From Clostridiales bacterium (lineage in GTDB: Bacteria; Bacillota; Sulfobacillia; DYIH01; JBBITQ01), in the NCBI GenBank assembly GCA_037440685.1, contig JBBITQ010000279.1, positions 1 through 26,724 on the forward strand: a stretch of DNA of 26,724 nucleotides, in the 5' to 3' direction. Positions 24,866-26,724 of this stretch are shown here, one piece after another. Made by a program: the position numbers and the translations under genes. The notes below the pieces were generated by a model, which did not search any database, was not told the origin of the DNA, and worked only from the letters and a program-made list of their open reading frames with translations. Every line of letters starts with the position of its first letter. Within the stretch, counting starts at the first letter, position 1.

Positions 24866-25025
24866 AGGAAGCAGAACCGACTTTCGCAACGTCAATAATG
24901 TGTCATAGGTGGCCAACCTCGGCCACGAAATCTTCGTCTCCTGAAAACAAAAAGGGCGTAGCACCAACATGATGCCACGCCAGCAGTTTACCAGCGAATA
25001 CCCATTGCGGAAAACGGATGGGCGG

Positions 25026-25424
25026 TCAAATGCTTCTGGTTTTCTCCACGTCGGCGATGATGACGCCCACTGTTCCATTTGGGCCAAGGCCGTGCTTCGG
25101 TGTGTCCACCACCATCCGCATGGCCCGTTCGAGCCACTGCCTGAGATCAGCCAGTTTCGGCTTGTCGCCGTAGAGTTCGATGTAGATTGGGGCGACGAAC
25201 CGATGGATCGGGCGGTTGCTGACGGCGAGCATCAGAACGTCGTGGCAGACCCAAGAGGCGTCGTTGGCGTTCGCAAAAACCATCGCCTCGGTTTCCTCTG
25301 CGCTCCAGTCCGAGCCAGTCCAATAGAGCGGATTCCTGAACTCGTCGCCTTTCGCCACGATGACCCGAGGAAACGTGGCCGATCCCTTCTTGATGATCGA
25401 CAGCATGGGAATGTTGTCACTCAT
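25026..25424 (-). CDS. Hypothetical protein, 132 aa
   Basis: SD GAGGAGG 6 nt before ATG 25424; overlaps the upstream gene by 8 nt. Confidence 0.7.
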   Translation of the reverse strand: MSDNIPMLSIIKKGSATFPRVIVAKGDEFRNPLYWTGSDWSAEETEAMVFANANDASWVCHDVLMLAVSNRPIHRFVAPIYIELYGDKPKLADLRQWLERAMRMVVDTPKHGLGPNGTVGVIIADVEKTRSI

Positions 25425-25665
25425 GGCCATCCTCCTCGTGTTCGGGCACAAACGTTCCGTCGCCACTTAGCACTCTGGACTGTGCCATCACAACGGGCAG
25501 GTCTTTGGCAAGCCGGTGAGGATTTCGGATCGCCAGATTGAGCGGCGGCTGACCGATCATTCGGATGGTCATGAACAGGACAGCCACTTTCTCGGCGGTA
25601 ATCGGGCAGTCGATGACGCCGGTGTCGAGCGACAAGATTTCAACGTCGGTCACGTCGAGTTTCAT
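25417..25665 (-). CDS. Hypothetical protein, 82 aa
   Basis: SD GAGGAG before ATG 25665; coupled to the downstream gene. Confidence 0.6.
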   Translation of the reverse strand: MKLDVTDVEILSLDTGVIDCPITAEKVAVLFMTIRMIGQPPLNLAIRNPHRLAKDLPVVMAQSRVLSGDGTFVPEHEEDGHE

Positions 25666-25707
25666 GGAGAATCTCCTCTGGGGTTGAAAGCACGAGCCAT
25701 CAGTGAC

Positions 25708-25719
25708 TAGCAGGTGCCT
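25708..25719 (-). repeat. 12-nt motif AGGCACCTGCTA, copy 2 of 3
   Basis: 42 nt upstream of ATG 25665; shares 15 nt with the 26227-26241 copy. Confidence 0.8.
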
Positions 25720-25721
25720 CG

Positions 25722-26189
25722 TCACCCCAGAGGGTTATTTCCGCAGCGAGGGCAGACTGCGAATTCGTCCTTGACCGGAGCAGCACACCGAGGACACTCA
25801 TATTGCTCGAAGCCGCAAGATGGACAAGGCATCTCCGGGTCGAATGCCTCGGCCCCGCAATGGTTGCAGAAGAAGCGAATCTCTGGCTCGTCGTCGGTCA
25901 GGAGAATCTGCTCGGACTCAGATCGAAATGGCCACGGGCACGACACGTCAAACCATGCGTCGAGTCCATTGGCTCGAAGTTCCTCGTAGTCCCGAGTGCC
26001 GCCGAAGAGAACACGGTGGCCAAGCCATTGAAGCCCGTTGAAGAAGACAGCAGCAAGAAGAGCGACAAAAGCCAAAAATGGGAGCGTCAGGACGCCTGCG
26101 AAGATGGCTGGCAGTCCAAAGGGGATCAAGGCAGCGGCGAAACAGATGACCCAGAAGCGAACGATGACGGGAACGGCGTTACGAGGCAT
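25722..26189 (-). CDS. Membrane protein with C-terminal double zinc ribbon, 155 aa
   Basis: Two N-terminal hydrophobic helices; CNHC, CPSC, CPRC, CPRC. Confidence 0.8.
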   Translation of the reverse strand: MPRNAVPVIVRFWVICFAAALIPFGLPAIFAGVLTLPFLAFVALLAAVFFNGLQWLGHRVLFGGTRDYEELRANGLDAWFDVSCPWPFRSESEQILLTDDEPEIRFFCNHCGAEAFDPEMPCPSCGFEQYECPRCAAPVKDEFAVCPRCGNNPLG

Positions 26190-26227
26190 GATTGACTCCC
26201 AGTTTTGTGGTCGAAAACTGGGATGCC

Positions 26228-26239
26228 TAGCAGGTGCCT
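26228..26239 (-). repeat. 12-nt motif AGGCACCTGCTA, copy 3 of 3
   Basis: 38 nt upstream of ATG 26189. Confidence 0.8.
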
Positions 26240-26266
26240 CGACAGGGCAGAAAAATCTCAGAAAGT

Positions 26267-26366
26267 GTGGCCAGTTAGATCAACACAAGGTGGCCAAATC
26301 TGTGGCAAATTAGAAAATGGCCATTTCCGTAACCCTTTGATACCAAAGGGTTGCGGTGGCCAAATT
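26267..26366. repeat. Candidate integrase arm-type repeats and hairpin next to the att core
   Basis: GTGGCCAGTT (26267), GTGGCCAAAT (26290), GTGGCAAATT (26302), AAATGGCCATTT (26315), GTGGCCAAATT (26356); CGTAACCCTTTG-N4-CAAAGGGTTGCG (26328-26355). Confidence 0.6.
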
Positions 26367-26371
26367 GCCAG

Positions 26372-26385
26372 CCCGCCGCCTCCAC
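26372..26385 (+). other. attR core: duplicated 3' end of tmRNA (ssrA)
   Basis: CCCGCCGCCTCCAC matches the T-arm/acceptor end of tmRNA; the upstream TTCG T-loop is missing, so this is a fragment and not a gene. Confidence 0.7.
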
Positions 26386-26397
26386 TGGGTTCATCTT

Positions 26398-26423
26398 AAG
26401 GGCAGGCCAATGTGCCTGCCCTT
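26398..26423 (+). terminator. Terminator hairpin, likely the displaced native ssrA terminator
   Basis: AAGGGCAGGC-CAATGT-GCCTGCCCTT perfect 10-bp stem, 12 nt after the att core. Confidence 0.7.
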
Positions 26424-26724
26424 CGTTGTTACAAGACTCTCGTTTTCCGGCTAAGCTGTGGACTCGCGGCTAGGCAGCGTAATTCCCTTCTGCACACGCA
26501 AGTCGTCTGAGGCTAAGCCCTCCGAGCTAAGAGCAGCGATTGTCGGGCAAAAGAAGTGCGATAGGGCGGACCACCGCTCTTAAGTTGCCCAAGGTGTTGT
26601 GCATTTCGACACGCGCTTGGCAGTAGCTGATGGTGTGTCGCAAGAAGGGCAATCGTGCCGCCGAGCCGGGTAAGCGTTCACCAGAACCATTCTTGACGGC
26701 CGGGATAAATTGAGGGCGTCGTGA

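Larger units (their letters stand above)
1..26385. mobile_element. Right-hand part of an integrated element (genomic island/IME), probably inserted in ssrA; left end and integrase lie outside the window
   Basis: AlpA/Xis-like gene coupled to an AEP-type primase at left, accessory cargo in the middle, tmRNA-like 3' end CCCGCCGCCTCCAC at 26372-26385 preceded by repeated GTGGCCA-type motifs and followed by a terminator. Confidence 0.75.

Noticed and set aside
24908-24927. GGTGGCCAACC/GGCCAC resembling the att-arm motif
   Set aside because: TGGCCA is a 6-bp palindrome expected by chance in GC-rich DNA; isolated and without a core site
24613-26239. Reading AGGCACCTGCTA as a sigma-54 promoter
   Set aside because: GG-N10-GC spacing holds in only one of the three copies
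26372-26385. Complete tRNA or tmRNA gene
   Set aside because: Only the last 14 nt match; upstream sequence has no T-loop or cloverleaf
1-26724. Window begins TCACGAC and ends GTCGTGA (7-bp terminal inverted match)
   Set aside because: Too short, no transposase or target duplication visible, and the right end lies beyond the att site; treated as coincidence of window edges
26430-26724. GCTAAG repeated three times; possible gene or CRISPR-like array
   Set aside because: Irregular spacing, 6-bp unit, no ORF; probably host intergenic DNA. No CRISPR array, IS or rRNA was seen anywhere in the window

Overview
The window is mostly the right-hand ~26.4 kb of an integrated mobile element, probably from a planctomycete (inferred from overall gene content, not tested). 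The element ends at a duplicated tmRNA (ssrA)-like 3' end (26372-26385). A cluster of short TGGCCA-type repeats precedes this end and a terminator follows it, which is the layout expected of an attR site. The integrase is not in the window. At the left are an AlpA/Xis-like gene and a helicase-less AEP-type primase. The centre is a 12.6 kb metal-resistance cargo: a CopZ-N/MerT/HMA/HMA fusion, a divergent MerR, an Acr3-like gene, arsR-arsC-(collapsed aquaporin relic)-arsC-arsD-arsA, mgtE-uppP and a binding-protein-less ABC pair. This cargo is bracketed by two collinear 1243-bp direct repeats, each carrying an ECF-type promoter, an arsI-like gene and a sigZ-like sigma factor with a Cys-rich tail and no anti-sigma. 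The right third holds small accessory genes (Nudix fusion, tandem GNAT, HEAT, an ND-DD CDF, SRPBCC, PDZ, Zn-ribbon). Three of their 5' UTRs share a 12-nt motif plus Shine-Dalgarno-occluding stems, and one region has a structured leader with a 24-codon ORF and a terminator. All calls come from reading the sequence; no database searches were run.
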